A DNA stretch of 64,000 nt from the human T2T-CHM13v2.0 reference genome, Homo sapiens (GCF_009914755.1 NC_060947.1); one strand, 5' to 3'; shown: positions 1 to 13,666, counted from the stretch's first letter. Numbers and translations: made by a program. The notes: generated by a model not told the origin, from the sequence alone.

Positions 1-170
<170 letters not shown>

Positions 171-3147
171 CATCATACTTTTTAATTGGATTGATATGGC
201 TGTGAAGAGACTTTGCAGTGTCCCTAGGATTCAGTAGTCTCTCAGTAAATGGTAAAGTCTCTTCCCTATAATTGTTTTTGTTTTTCCTTTTGGCTGTCCA
301 CCTTCCAATTAGCATGCTGTTTTTTTAATTGTGCTTACTTAATATCACTTTATTCAGTCTTGGAGAGAATAAATTATTGTCCTTTCCTTATGAATACACA
401 GCCATTGCTGTGCAGTCAATTTTCAGGATGAATCCTAAATTACCTCTGAACTCACTGCATTCTGCCGCTGCATCCATTATTTTCTCAAAGTATATGGCTT
501 ACAAATTTCTGTAGAAAAATGCCTTTACTGCCTGGCCTAGGAGGTCATTCTGCCAGGAAAGCTGTCTTTCTCTCAAGTTTATTTTTCCTTAGCAAGGTTT
601 GTGCATAGTTTCTTTATGGACTCTCCACTCTGCCAACCCTTGAGTGCTTTGTCTCTTCTACAGAAGTATGGTTTTCTATCCTTAGGATCTGAAAACCCTC
701 TCTTGTAGCAATGGCTTGCAAGTGGTAGATTTTGCAAGCTATTAGGCTAAGCCATTAGGCAAGTCATTAAGCTAAATTTTGGAGTATAAGAGGCATTAAG
801 ATGTAAGAACATTTTTTGTTTGTTTGTTTGTTTTATAATCAGAAAAGTAGCCTCAGTAAGTCGAGCTGAATCAACTATAAATGATGTGTATTTAAAATTC
901 AAATCTAATTTCATAGATAACTTAGAAAATATTCACTGTAGAAGCTAAAAATGTCCAATTATTACAGAGCGTCTGTCCTAAGCCAATAGACTTTGCAACA
1001 TATATATTGCCAATAAAATGTCTTTTATAGACAGTTACATATTTCTGCATTTATTGTTATTTAATTGTCAATGAATTATGCCCCCCAAAGTAATTTGTTT
1101 TAGTGAGAGAGCATTGGCCTCCAGTGCAATAATTATGCCATTTTATCATAAGGAATCTATTTGATACAATTTTTAAACTAGGAAGTCCATTATTTATGTC
1201 AGCTTATTACCATATCTTATCAGCTTGGTTTCAGTGGTGAAATTAGGGTATATTTCATAACTAGATGGATGTAAGATTGTAAGAGAAGGCCCATGTGTAA
1301 CCATATTCTACACTGCCTAGCATCCTGCAATTCATTAGTGCCCATGAATGCATGGGTATCCTGGAAATAAATAGACAGCTATTGTAAAATGACACATTTT
1401 ATAAATCACTGCAGTATAAACTAGATGAGCACTTTAAAATAGCTCAATAGATATTTGAAGTCCAAATCTGTAATGCCAGCATGGCTTTGTGTCCATGGAA
1501 CACAGCAGGTTGATATATGGCTGTTCTCCTGGTACAGCACAATATTAGTAACAGGCTTTCAGGGGCATGCCTTGGCTGAATCCCTTACCTTTGTCCCCTA
1601 CTTGGCTGCTGATTGGAATTGTTCATTGAAAAGTGGGGAAAAATGACATAATCTGCAGCTGACCCTTAGTTGTCTATTTCCTGACATGGCGATGTTTTAT
1701 CTTTTACCTCTCACCCATTTCATATATATATATTTTTTACTTTCCTCTCTCCTTGACTCCATTCTAAAGTCTCAACTATCAATATTCTTAGTACGTTTGG
1801 AAGTTGGAATTATAGTATACATGCCATCCTTTAGCTTTTTAAAATTTGGCATCACCGCATGAAGATATTCTTAAATATTCACCCAAAGTAAGAATCTGAA
1901 CTCTTGTCTAGTACTCCATCATATATCTATTCCATTTGTTGTTTTTCCACTTTCTTAAGACACAGTCCTAAAAGCAGTATGTCCAAGTGTATATATGCAT
2001 GCATTTAGAGCTCTAAATATACTTTGACAAATTGCCTCTCATAAATATTTCACCAGTTTACATCTAAACCAAGGTCTCGGAGGTGTGTACTCTTCTTTAG
2101 TTCCACCCAGCAAGACAATGTCTTAAAAAGCCAGAAGTTTCAGAATAAAAACAGCTTTCTACACAAGGTTAAGGTAGTGCACAATTTGGTTTAATCCAGA
2201 AAACATTCCCAAAGAACATCATCGTTGTAATCATCTTAGCCCTGGTTTCTAAGTACAGTCCTGTTACTGAACCTGCAAAACTATGTTTAGTATATTTGAA
2301 AAAAAAGTACAGCAAGTATTTTGTGTCCTGTAGGACGTTAGGTATAGGTTGGAAAGACGTTCTCTGGAGTCTTTTCCTTGTTTTATCAGGTTAGCCTGAC
2401 AGCTACCATGGGGAGCCTCATAGAGCTATCCTAGAAATTGCTATATTACACAAAGTTTGAGCAATATTCATTCTTTGATCTTAGAAATATTGACTAAATA
2501 CCTACTCCATGATAGGTTACGGGACATAAGAATGGATCACAGTTCTTACATATAGTCCCCCTTAAATAACTCACTGTCCAGTGGAGAGTGTAGTTATGGA
2601 AACCGATTTAGATAATACAAGGTAAGTAAATGAACCTGTACCTAAATGCTCTGGGAGTTCTAGAAACAAAGTTGGAGAGATTCATTACTGGCATTTAATA
2701 CCCATTTTTCCTTTGTGCCTAAACTCCCTTTACATGGAAAATTTAAAAAACATACATGTTACTATAACCAGCTCCTTATCTGTATTTTAAAAATCCGGTT
2801 TGTTGTCTTTCTCTTTCAAGCCTATTAAATTGTGAGGGAGGCAATCATGACTAATTTGTACTTTCCTAAAACCACTGACAACACAGGCAAAAGAGCCCCA
2901 CCCTAGCCAGTGTCAAAGTACCCATTTATTGTTAAGAGTTGCATTAATACTATGCATATTCTACCTTGATAAATAATTTATGATAGAATGTAATGTTCAC
3001 TTTAAAAGTAAGTAAATTCTTTTCACTGGCATTGAATTAGTGAGGTTGAACTACATCAGATGAATGCATCAACAAAATCAGTCAATCATGCGGGCCAACG
3101 AGAAATCTTTGTACTTATGTCTGGAAATATTTATGAAAACAAATATT

Positions 3148-3158
3148 TTCAAAGCTTT

Positions 3159-3212
<54 letters not shown>

Positions 3213-3223
3213 AAAGCTTTGAA
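3148..3223. repeat. Perfect 76-bp palindrome: 18-bp inverted arms around (TA)20
   Basis: ttcaaagctttaagagac (3148-3165) + (TA)20 (3166-3205) + gtctcttaaagctttgaa (3206-3223). Confidence 0.95.
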
Positions 3224-3304
3224 CTATATATATAGTCTCTTAAAGATATATATATATATCTAAATAACTTAGTAACTCAGTTGACCTTTTAATCATTAAT
3301 TTTT

Positions 3305-4900
3305 AAAATATGTATTGAGCACCTATTATGTACCAGATAGTGTTTCAGTCACTAGGGAGCCCATACTGAACAAGATGAACAAGGAACGTGTTCAACTGGA
3401 GTTTAAATTCCAGTTGGGTGACATCTATGACCAGCAAACTGAGGGACTGAATATGCGAGCAAATAATGGCAAGACCATATGTGAAAACACAACTGTGACT
3501 CACAACCTGAGGCATCTTGCTTAGAAAACCAACCCCTTAACTCCAATAAGCAGCCCAGGAAGCCAGCTAGTTCTAAGTCAGACTTGTAGGAAGTCAGACT
3601 TCTGTCTTTAGTAATAATCCAGAAAGCAAAACTACAACTTTTGGAACAATTGGCCCCAAAAGGCCAGGACTTGACTAATAACTGACAGTTTCCCTATTTT
3701 GTTCTTGCCACCAACTTAGGACCAATCAGAGAAAGCCAAATAGGCACTCATAAACAATCACGTAGGGCCTCCTTCTTCTATTCTAATTAACCTGCCTCCA
3801 GCTTTCTCATGCCAACAACCTCCAATCAGGCATACCTGTAGTATCCCCCCTTCTTCCGCTATGAAGCTTCCCCACTCTTCTGCCTGCCTTTGAGTCTCTG
3901 CCAAAACACAAGTGATGGTGGCTAACATCATTGCTGCAGCAAGATTTGAATAAATAGCCTTTACTTTTATCATTTAGTTGGTCTTTGTTTCCAAAAAACA
4001 AATAAATGAGCAAGATAATTTCCAATAATGACAACTGCACTGAAGAAAACGCATGTAAATGATGTCACAGAAGGTGATAGAGCGGGGATAGGGGATAACT
4101 TAAAGTAGGTGGTCAGGGAGTGATTCCTTGTGGTGGGGTTTAAGCTGATCTGCATAACAGCAGTGAAGGAGCTTTCTAAAAGTCTGTCTCAGAGACTTCC
4201 TGGCAGAGGTACCAGCCAGTTGAAAGGCCACGAAACAGGAACAAGTTGGCATGTTTAAGGAACCAAAAAGTGGGTCAATGTTCCATAACATGGTGAATGA
4301 GGAGAGCAGTTGGAGATAAGGACAGAGAAGTACATAGGAACCAGTTCAAAGAGGGCCTTGTTGGCCTCTTCATGAATTTTGATTTTATTGTAAGAAATTC
4401 AGAAAGCCACTCAAGGATTTTATGTATGAGAAGAAAACGATTTAATTTTAATTTTTAAACATCTTTCAAGGTGTGTGTGAAGACAACAGTGGAATCAGGG
4501 AGACTGCTTGAGAAGCTTAGAAATAATACAGAAGAGAGATGACTGGTGGCCCAGACCAGTGTTGTAGCAGCAGAGATGGAGAAAAATGGTTGGACTTAGA
4601 AAATATTTTGGAGGAAGAAATGACATACTTACCAACAAATTGGATGTGCAGTTTGGGAGAGAGAAATGAGTCAAGAATGAGTCTTAGCATTTTTTTGCCT
4701 TTTTTGTTTTTTTGGCTTGATCCACTTGTTGGATGGTAGTATCATTTTCAGAGATACTAAGCACTAGGTATGAAGTAGGTTTCAGGAATGAGCAGGGAGT
4801 GGCAGGATCAGAATTTCTAATTTGTTCATATTAAGTTTAAGATACCTTTAGAAATCCAAGTAAAGAGCTCAATAAAATAGTTTGGAACTCAATAAATGTC
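3305..4900 (-). mobile_element. LINE-2 relic, interrupted by an LTR at 3440-3995
   Basis: tattgagcacctattatgtaccag is an antisense L2 3' end; purine-rich L2-like body continues 4000-4900; boundaries approximate. Confidence 0.65.
3440..3995 (+). mobile_element. ERV1-class solo LTR (MER4 group; MER31/MER67-like, subfamily uncertain)
   Basis: TG start, CCAAT boxes, gagtctctgccaaaacacaagtgatggtggct, aataaa at ~3949; candidate 4-bp TSD aaac (3436-3439 / 3996-3999); splits the L2. Confidence 0.65.
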
Positions 4901-4914
4901 TCAGGGCTGAAAAT

Positions 4915-5010
4915 CATTGGTTCTGCCACCTACTGGCTGTGTGATTTTGGGCAAGTTATTTCACCTGAGTTTCTTTTTCTTCATTGGTAAAATGGAAGTA
5001 ATGAGAGTTT
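4915..5010 (+). mobile_element. MIR SINE fragment
   Basis: ctgccacctactggctgtgtgattttgggcaagttatttcacctgagtt...gtaaaatgg MIR core. Confidence 0.7.
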
Positions 5011-5131
5011 ATGGGGAGATTGTAGGTGTATCTGTTGGGCTTCATATTACTTTCTTCAATTTAGTTTAGGAGTTACTGGAAACATTTTCTGGATTTCCTC
5101 AATAGTTTAAGTGCAATACCTAGTATTTAGT

Positions 5132-6153
5132 TGTTGCAGGAAGTCAGGGACCCTGAACGGAGGGACCTGCTGAAGCCATGACAGAACAACATAAATTGTG
5201 AAGATTTCATGGACATTTATCACTTCCCCAATCAATACTCTTATAATTTCCTATACCTGTCTTTACTTCAATCTCTTAATCCCGTCATCTTCGTAAGCTG
5301 AGGATGTATGTCGCTTCAGGAGGTGATGATTGCATTAACTGTGCAAATTGTTCGTAAAGCATGGGTGTTTGAACAATATGAAATCTGGGCACCTTGAAAA
5401 AAAGAACAGGATAACAGTGATGTTCAGGGAACAAGGGAGATAACCATTAGGTCTGACTGCCTGGGAGACAGGCAGGACAGAGCCATATTTCTCTTATTAC
5501 CGAAAATGGATAAGAGAAATATTGCTGAATTCTTTCCCCAGTAAGGAATATTAATAATTAACAGCCCTGGGAAAAGAATGCATTTCCCAGGGGGGCCTCT
5601 AAAATGGCCACTCTGGGGGGGTGTCTGCCTTATGCAGTTGCAGATAAGGGATGAAACACACCCTGGCCTCCTGCAGCGCCCCCAGGCTTGCTAGGATTAG
5701 GACATTCCAGCCTGGTGAATTCTAGTCAGGCCGGTTCTCTGCTCTTGAACTCTGTTAAAATGTTTCTCAATGACAATGCATGCACAGCGGGACATGAAAC
5801 TTAATTAGTAATTCTAGTTTCTCCCTGACCTTGTGATCTCACCCTGACCTTGTGATCTCGCCCTGACCTTCTGCCTTGTGATCTTTTGTTGCCCTTGAAG
5901 CATGTGATCTCTGTGACCCACACCCTATTTGTACACTTCCTCCCCTTTGAAAATTGCTAAGAAAAACTTGCTGGTTTTACGACTCAGGGTGCATCATGCA
6001 TGGAACCTGCCAACATGTGATGTCTCCCTCGGACACCCAGCTTTAAAATTTCTTTCTTTTGTACTCTTTCCCTTTATTTCTCAGACCAGCCGACACTTAG
6101 GGAAAATAGAAAAGAAGCTGTGTTGAAATATCAGGGGCTGGTTTCCCCCGATA
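5132..6153 (+). mobile_element. MER11 (HERV-K11/HML-8) solo LTR, MER11B/C-like
   Basis: Starts tgttgcaggaagtcagggaccctgaacgg, ends ggtttcccccgata; perfect 6-bp TSD tttagt (5126-5131 / 6154-6159); internal ccctgaccttgtgatct repeats at ~5823-5883. Confidence 0.95.
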
Positions 6154-6639
6154 TTTAGTGACGTGAGTTTTCATCATTTTTCTGTCTTTCCAACAGCTGT
6201 TAGAAAAACTGCATTGTGGGCTATTGAACAGTCACAATGTTAAACTTGAAGCCTTTAATATTTCTTTTTAAAAAAATTATAAAAAATATAAACCTCTCTC
6301 TAACTGAAGGGTTGCACTAGATAAACTGACTAATTAAGTAACAAAATTGATGTAGGATTTCTTGTTGACCCTGACATTTTATACAGAGATGAGCATCATT
6401 TTGACCCTTTAATCCCAGAGCTATGAATGCTGGGAGCACAGAAGACTTCCAAGGTCCAGAGACATGCAAGGGTACAATGCTTATGAAATTTTAGGGGCTA
6501 TGTTATTTAGATAATCACTGTATCTCCTTCTCAGGAAATATCAAAATGATTGATTGCCTTAGGGACTAGTGCAAGGGACACAAGGATTTGTGCAGACAAG
6601 ACTTGCCAAAAAGGAGATGCTTCGCTACAATCATTTCCT

Positions 6640-9600
6640 TTTTAAATTTTTAATTGTTAACTTTTGTGGGTACATAGTAGGTGTGTATATATGGGGTATA
6701 TGAAAAGTGTAGATACAGGCATGCAATGTGTTATAATCACACCATGGAGGATGGGGTATCTGTCTTCTCAGGTAACTGTTCTTTGTCTTACAAGCAATCC
6801 AGTTATATACTTTAATCTATTGTAAAATGTACAATTAAATTATTATTGACTATAATCATCCTGTAGTGCTATCAAATAGTAGGTTTCATTTATTCTTTGT
6901 ATTTCTTTTGTATCCATTAACCATCCCCACCTCCCTCATCCCCCAGCTGATTTTCTTGGCTTCTGGGAACCATCCTGCTACTCTCTATGTCCATGACTTC
7001 AGTTGTCTTGATTTTTAGATTCCATGAACAAATGAGAACATGCAATGTTTGTCTTTCTGTGACTGGTTTATTTCACTTAACATAATGATCTCCAGTTTCA
7101 TCCATGTTGTTGCAAATTACAAGATCTCATTCTTTTTTATGACTGAATACTACTCTATTTTGTATATATACCACATTTTCTTTATCAATTCATCTTTTGA
7201 TGGACAATTAGGTTGTTTCCAAATCTTAGTTATTGTGAACAGTGCTGTGACAAACACAGGAGGGCAGATATCTTTTTGATATACTGATTTCCTTTCTTTT
7301 GGGTATATAACCAGAAGCAGGATTGCTGGATCATATGGTAGCACTATTTTTATTTTTCTGAGGAACCTTTAAACTGTTCTCCATAGTAGTTGTACTAATT
7401 TACATCCTCACAAACAGTGCATGAGTGTTCCCTTTTTTCCACATTTATTTTATTCCAGCATTTATTACTGCCAGTCTTTTAAATAGAAGCCATTTTAACT
7501 GGGGTGAGATGATACCTCTTTGTAGTTTTGATTTGCATTTCTCTGATGATCAGTGATGTTAAGCGTCTTTTTATATACCTGTTTGCCATTTGTATCTCTT
7601 TTTTGGAGAGACATCTACTCCAATCTTTTGTCCATCTTTTGATAGGATTATTACATTTTTTATAGAGTTGCTTGAGCTCCTTGTATATTCTGGTTACTAA
7701 TACCTTGTCAGATAGGTAGTCTGCAAATATTTTCTCCCATTCTGTGGGTTGTCTCTTTATTTTGCTGATTGTTTTCTTTGCTGTGCAGAAGTTTTTTAAC
7801 TTGATGTGAACTCATTTATCCATTTTACTTTGGTTGCCTATGTTTGTGTGGTATCACTCAAGAAGTTTTTGCACAGGCCAATGTCCTGGAGAGTTTTGCT
7901 GGTGTTTTCTTGTAGTAGTTTCATAATTTGAGGTCTTAGATTTAAGTCTTTAACCCATTTTATTTCATTTTCATATGTGGTAAGAGATGGGGGTCTAGTT
8001 TTATTCTTCTGCATATGGAAATCTAGTTTACCCAGCACCATTTATTGAAGAGGCTCTTTTTCTCAGTGTATGTTATTGTCACCTTTATCAAAAATGAGTT
8101 CACTGTAGGTGTGTGGATTTGTTTCTGAGCTCTCTATTCTGTTACATTGGTCTATGTTTTTAATGCCAGTACTGTCAGGCCTCTGAGCCCAAGCCAAGCC
8201 ATCGCATCCCCTGTGACTTGCACGTATATGCCCAGATGGCCTGAAGTAACTGAAGAATCACAAAGGAAGTGAAAATGCTCTGCCCCGCCTTAACTGATGA
8301 CATTCCACCACAAAAGAAGTGTAACTGGCTGGTCCTTGCCTTAAGTGATGACATTACCTTGTGAAGTCCTTTTCCTGGCTCATCCTGGCTCAAAAAGCTC
8401 CCCCACTGAGCATCTCGTGACCCCCACTCCTGCCCGCCAGAGAACAAACCCCCTTTGACTGTAATTTTCCTTTACCTGCCCAAATCCTATAAAACGGCCC
8501 CACCCCATCTCCCTTCGCTGACTTCTCTTTTCAGACTCAGCCCGCCTGCACCCAGGTGAAATAAACAGCCATGTTGCTCACACAAAGCCTGTTTAGTAGT
8601 CTCTTCACACAGACACCCATGAAAAGTACCATATCTGTTTTTATGCCAGCACCATGCTGTTTTGGTTACTATAGCGCTGTAGTGTAATTTTAAGTCAGGT
8701 TATGTGATCCCTCCAGTTTTGTTCTTTATGCTGAGGACAGCTTTGGGTATTCTGAGTCATTTGTGATCCACATAAATTTAAGGATTTTTAAGAAATTTCT
8801 GTGAAGAATGTCATTGGAATTTAGATAAAAATTGTATTAAATCTGTAGATTTCTTTGGGTAGCATAAACATTTTAGCAGCATTGATTCTCCCAATCCACG
8901 AACGTGGAATATCTTCTCATTTTGTGTGTGTGTCCTCTTCTATTTCTTTTGTCAGCAGTATATAGTTTTCCTTATAGAGATCTTTCACTTATTTTATTAA
9001 TTCTTAGGTATTTAATTTCATTTGTGGCTATTATGACTGAGATTAACTTTTTTATTTTCAGATTGTTACTGTTGGCATATAGAAGTGCTACTGGCTTTTT
9101 ATGTTGATTTTGTATCCTGCAACTTGATGGAATTTATCAGTTCTAATAGGTTTTGGTGGAATCTTTACGTTTTTCCAAATATAAGATCATATCATCTGCA
9201 AACAAGGATAATTTGACTCATTTCTTTCCAATTTGGATGCCCTGTATTTCTTTCTGTTGTCTGATTTCTCGAGCTAGGATGTACAGTACTAAGTTGAATA
9301 ACAGTGATGAATGTGCGCATCCCTGTTGTGTTCCAGATCTTAGAGAAAAGGCTTTCAGTTTTTCCCCATTCAGTATGATACTAGCTGTGGGTCTGTCATA
9401 TATGGTTTTTATTATGTTCAAGTATGTTCCTTTTATACCTAGTTTTTGAGGGCTTTTATTATGAAAGAATATTGAATTTTAGCAAATGCTTTTTCAGCAT
9501 CAATTGAAATGATCACGTGGTTTTTATCCATTATTCTATTGATATGATGTATCACATTGAATGATTTGCATATGTGGAACCACACTTGCATCTCAGGGAT

Positions 9601-12318
9601 AAATGCTACTTGGTCATGATGCATGATCTTTTTAATATGTTGTTGAATTCAGATTGCTAGTATTGTGTTGAGGATTTTTGCATCAACATTCATCGGAGAT
9701 ATTGACCTGCAGTTTGCTTGCTTTCTTTCTTTCTTTCTTTTTTTTTTTTTTTTTTGGTGTATCTTTATTTGGTTTTGGTATCAGGGTAATACTGGCCTCA
9801 TAGAATGAGTTTGCAAGTATTCACCTATCCTGTATTTTATGGCATAGTTTGAGTAAAATTGGTGCTAGCTTTTTAAATGTTTGGTGGAATTTAGCAGTGA
9901 AGCCATTTGATCCTGGGCTTGTCTTTACTGGGAGAACTTTCATTATGGCTTCCATCTTGTTACTTATTATTGGTCTGTTCAGGTTTTGGATTGCTTTCTC
10001 ATTAAATCTTGGTAGGTTTTATGTCTCTAGGAATTCCTCACTTTCTTCTGGATTTTACAATTTATTGGCATATAGTTGGTCGTACTAGCCACTAATAATC
10101 ATTTGAATTTCTGTGGTATTAGTTGTAATGTCTCCTTTTGAATTTCTGATTTTATTTATTTTGATCTTCTCTTTTTATTCTTAGTATGGCTAAAGGTTTC
10201 TCAATCTTGTTTAACTTTTCTAGAAACAATCTTTTTGTTTCACTGATACTTTGTATTGTTTTCTTCATCTCAATTTTATTTATTTCTGCTCAAATCTTTA
10301 TTTTTTATTTTCTTCTACTAATTTGGGGTTCAATTTGCTTTTGCTTCTGTAGTTCTTTAACATGCATCATTAGTTACTTTTTTTACGTGTTTTTTTTAAT
10401 GTAGTCACTTATGGCTGTAAATTTTCCTCTTAATACTGCTTTTACTATATCCCATAGATTTTCCAGGTATTTAAAAGGACTTAGTGTTGTGATCTAAGCC
10501 ATATCTTCGTTAGGAGGCAGCACAAACCCAGTAATGCGGTGGTTTTCGTAGAATCATAAAGGTACTACCTTGGTGGGCTTGGATAAGATCTGGAAGAATT
10601 ATATGGATTAGTAGGTAGGCATTCCTGTTCCTGGCTGCCTGAAGCTAGGGGTGGAGTGACACAAGCACCCCTGTGGCTGTCATCACTGGGACTGTACTGC
10701 ATCAGACATAAACCCAGCTTCCTCCTAGCCTATGTTCACTCAACACCATGGGGCTCTACAATTAGGAGGTGGCAACGCCAGCCAGGCCTGTCTCCTTCCA
10801 TTCAGTGTGGCCAGCTCCTCAAGGCCCTGGGCAGGTCCAGAGATGTTGTCCCAGAGCCAGGGACTACAGCCAAAAACCTTAGCAGTCTACCTGATGTTTT
10901 ATTGTACTATGGCTGAACTGGCACTCAAATCACAAGTTTCAGTCCTTCCCACTCTTTCATCCTGTTAACAAAAGCAAAGAAACTTCACCCTGTGGCTACC
11001 ACCACCACATGCCCTTGGGGAATACTGCCAGACTACCACCAATGTTCTCTTTAGGCCGAAGGATTCTTAAGTCAACTTATGATGAATGCCGCGTGGCTTG
11101 GGACTCATCTTTCAGGGCAACTAGCCTCCCCCTCTGGCCTATGGCAGGTCCAGAAATGCCGTCCAAGTCCAAATCCTAGAATATAGGACTCCAAGAGCCC
11201 ACTTGGTGCTCTAACCCCCTGTTGCCAAGCTGGTATCCAGGGTACAAGACAAAGTCCCTTTTACTTTTCCCTTTACTTTTCTCAAGCAGAAGAAGCCTTG
11301 CCTCATAGCCACCACAGCTGGGAATGTGTTAATTCTCACTTGAAGCCAGCAAGTCTCAGAATCTCACCCAACACTCAATGTAGTACCTGGATATCACTGC
11401 TGGTTATTCAGGGGCCGAAGGCTCTTTACTTACCCAGTGATGAATGCTGCCAGGACTGGGTTCTTCCCTTCAAGGCAGAGGGTTCCTTTCTGGCTCAGAA
11501 TGTGTCTAGAAATGTTGTCCAGGTGCTAGGGCCTAGAAAGGAGGCCTCATGGCTCTTACCATTGCCCCATCCTGCTGTGGCTGAGCTAGTATCCAGGATG
11601 GAAGAAAAAATCCTCCCCACTTTTCCCTCTTCTCTCCTCAGGTGGAAGGAAGGGGTCTCTTTCAGAGCCATGAGTTATGCAGACTGGAGTTAGGGGAGGA
11701 GGTAATGGCAGCACTCCTTTAGCTGCCTTACCTGGTACCTAAGTAGATTAAGTGCCCCCCACCCAGTACACTGGCTCTGGGCCCAGTTTATCTTTACTAC
11801 TCCCCTACAAGTTGTAATTCTTGAGACCTAGAATGCTTTTCAAGTTTATTTAAGACCCGATAGCATTTTAACCCATGGTGGCAAGGCCTTTGGGAACTCA
11901 TGTTTGGACTACTGGGATCAGTGATTTGCTTGTACCTAGGGCTCATTTAAATGTACCTTCCATGGGTAGATGCCAGCTGAGTTTGGTCTAGTCTTCCTTT
12001 GTACTCTAACAGGGCAGAACTGAGTTGAGTGCCTCACAATTGCTGTGCACTCCCTTCCGTAGCACACAGAAATGCTCTCCACACCTCACTGCAGCTTCTT
12101 GGGTATGGGGAAGGGGTGGCATTGGTGATTCAAGACTAGTTTTCCTACCTCTTCTATACCTCTTTCAGCGATATGAAGTGAAAACCACATACTGTTAGTG
12201 CTCACCTGATTTTTGTTTTTTTATGAAGGTGCTTTTTAGGTGTAGGTAGTCTATAAATTGGTGTCTTTGTCAGGCGGATGTCAGTGGAAACCTTCCACCA
12301 TCTTGCTCTACCTACTAC
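6640..12318 (-). mobile_element. L1MA1/2-like LINE-1 with 3' UTR, decayed ORF2 and 5' UTR; internal deletion at ~10460; LTR7 inserted at 8173
   Basis: 3' end ttttgtgggtacatagtaggtg; ORF2 remnants ([28 protein letters not shown]; LPYDPAILLLVIYPKE); 5' terminus ccatcttgctcta; degenerate TSD catttccttt / cgtttccttt. Confidence 0.9.
8173..8624 (+). mobile_element. LTR7 (HERV-H) solo LTR
   Basis: tgtcaggcctctgagcccaagccaagccatcgcatccc...cctataaaacggcccc...aataaacagcc...catgaaa; perfect 5-bp TSD agtac (8168-8172 / 8625-8629). Confidence 0.97.
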
Positions 12319-12394
12319 CCGTTTCCTTTCAAATATAATAAAATTCCTATTAAAATATTTCCATTAATATTAATGGAGAATAGTATAAATTATT

Positions 12395-12600
12395 TGATAA
12401 CAATATATAGTGTACTGATCATTACCATACTTCAGGCACTATGCTAAGCAATTTACATGGATTTTCTCATGTAATCCAACTTTTTGAGATAGATGCTATT
12501 AGACTGTTCATTTTACCTGAAGAAATTCTTTGAAATGTTCAGGAACTAGTCCAATTCACTGAGCTGGTTAGTGTTGGAGCCATGATTTAAATGCCTCTAC
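12395..12600 (-). mobile_element. MIR SINE
   Basis: caggcactatgctaagcaatttacatggattttctcatgtaatcc...: antisense MIR; boundaries approximate. Confidence 0.65.
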
Positions 12601-12922
12601 TGCATGGCAATCGGTAATACACAAGTGCCAACCTTTCCTACTCACATGCAAAGCTACAGATTATTGTCACAGCCTTTATTAATGCTGTGGTGAGTTAATT
12701 TTAAGTCTTGACCACATTAATAAATAATATGAGGAGAAAAATAGTCCGGGGAAAGGAATAGGGCAAGAGGAACCAGTCAATAGAAAAACTGGCATTGTGC
12801 AATTTCCTGGATTTCAAGGATAAAGCAAAGGAGTTAGCAGTCATCAATATTATAAGGATTCAGGATTCAAATTGGAGTTTTCGGACTCTAAGTGCAATTA
12901 TTTTTAATAACTGTTAGGCTTC

Positions 12923-13313
12923 TGTATTAGTCAATTCTCTCACTGCTCTAAAGAAATACCTCAGACTGGGTATTTTATAAGAAAAGAGGTTTAGTTGCCT
13001 CCTGGTTCTCAAGCATGGCAGCATCTGCTTCTGGGGAGGCCTCAGGGCCTTTTACTCATGGAAGAAGGCAAAGTGGGAGCAGTCATGTTACATGGAGTGA
13101 GCAGAAGCATGGTGGGTGGAGGCACCACACATTTTTAAACAGCCAGATCTCATGGAGAACTTACTTAACATCAGAAGAACAGCACCAAGAAGATGGTGTT
13201 AAACAATTTATGAGAAACCACCCCCAATCACCTTCCACCAGGCCCCACCTCCAACAATGGAGATTACAATTTTAGATAAGATTTGGGTGGAGACATAGAT
13301 CCAAACCATATCA
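12923..13313 (-). mobile_element. MaLR solo LTR (MSTA/MSTB-like)
   Basis: tgtattagtc...aaagaaatacctcagactgggt...ccaaaccatatca; near-TSD gcttc / gcttt. Confidence 0.9.
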
Positions 13314-13602
13314 GCTTTTAAAATTCATTAGAGAGGTTATTTGGTCTTTGTTGGCTGGCGGGGGAACACACCCTTCATTTGAAACATTCTTTCTATGGTA
13401 ACTTATATTTGGCATTCCAAAACACCTATTCATAAACAAACTTTTAGAAAACAACAAAATGATGCTTGTATGATGAAGAAGCATTTCTCTCAAACAAACA
13501 TATTTATGCACACTTTATGCACACAAACATTCAAAGGGTTTGATCTTCCAGCTTTGAAGTTGGTAGTCAGAACTCTTGAAAATTATTACTTTTTTTTAAA
13601 AA

Positions 13603-13611
13603 TTTTCTTTT

Positions 13612-13666
<55 letters not shown>

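Noticed and set aside
5823-5883. Short tandem ccctgaccttgtgatct repeats
   Set aside because: Normal internal feature of MER11 LTRs.
12360-12377. 18-bp palindrome tccattaatattaatgga
   Set aside because: Short and AT-rich with no supporting context; not interpretable.
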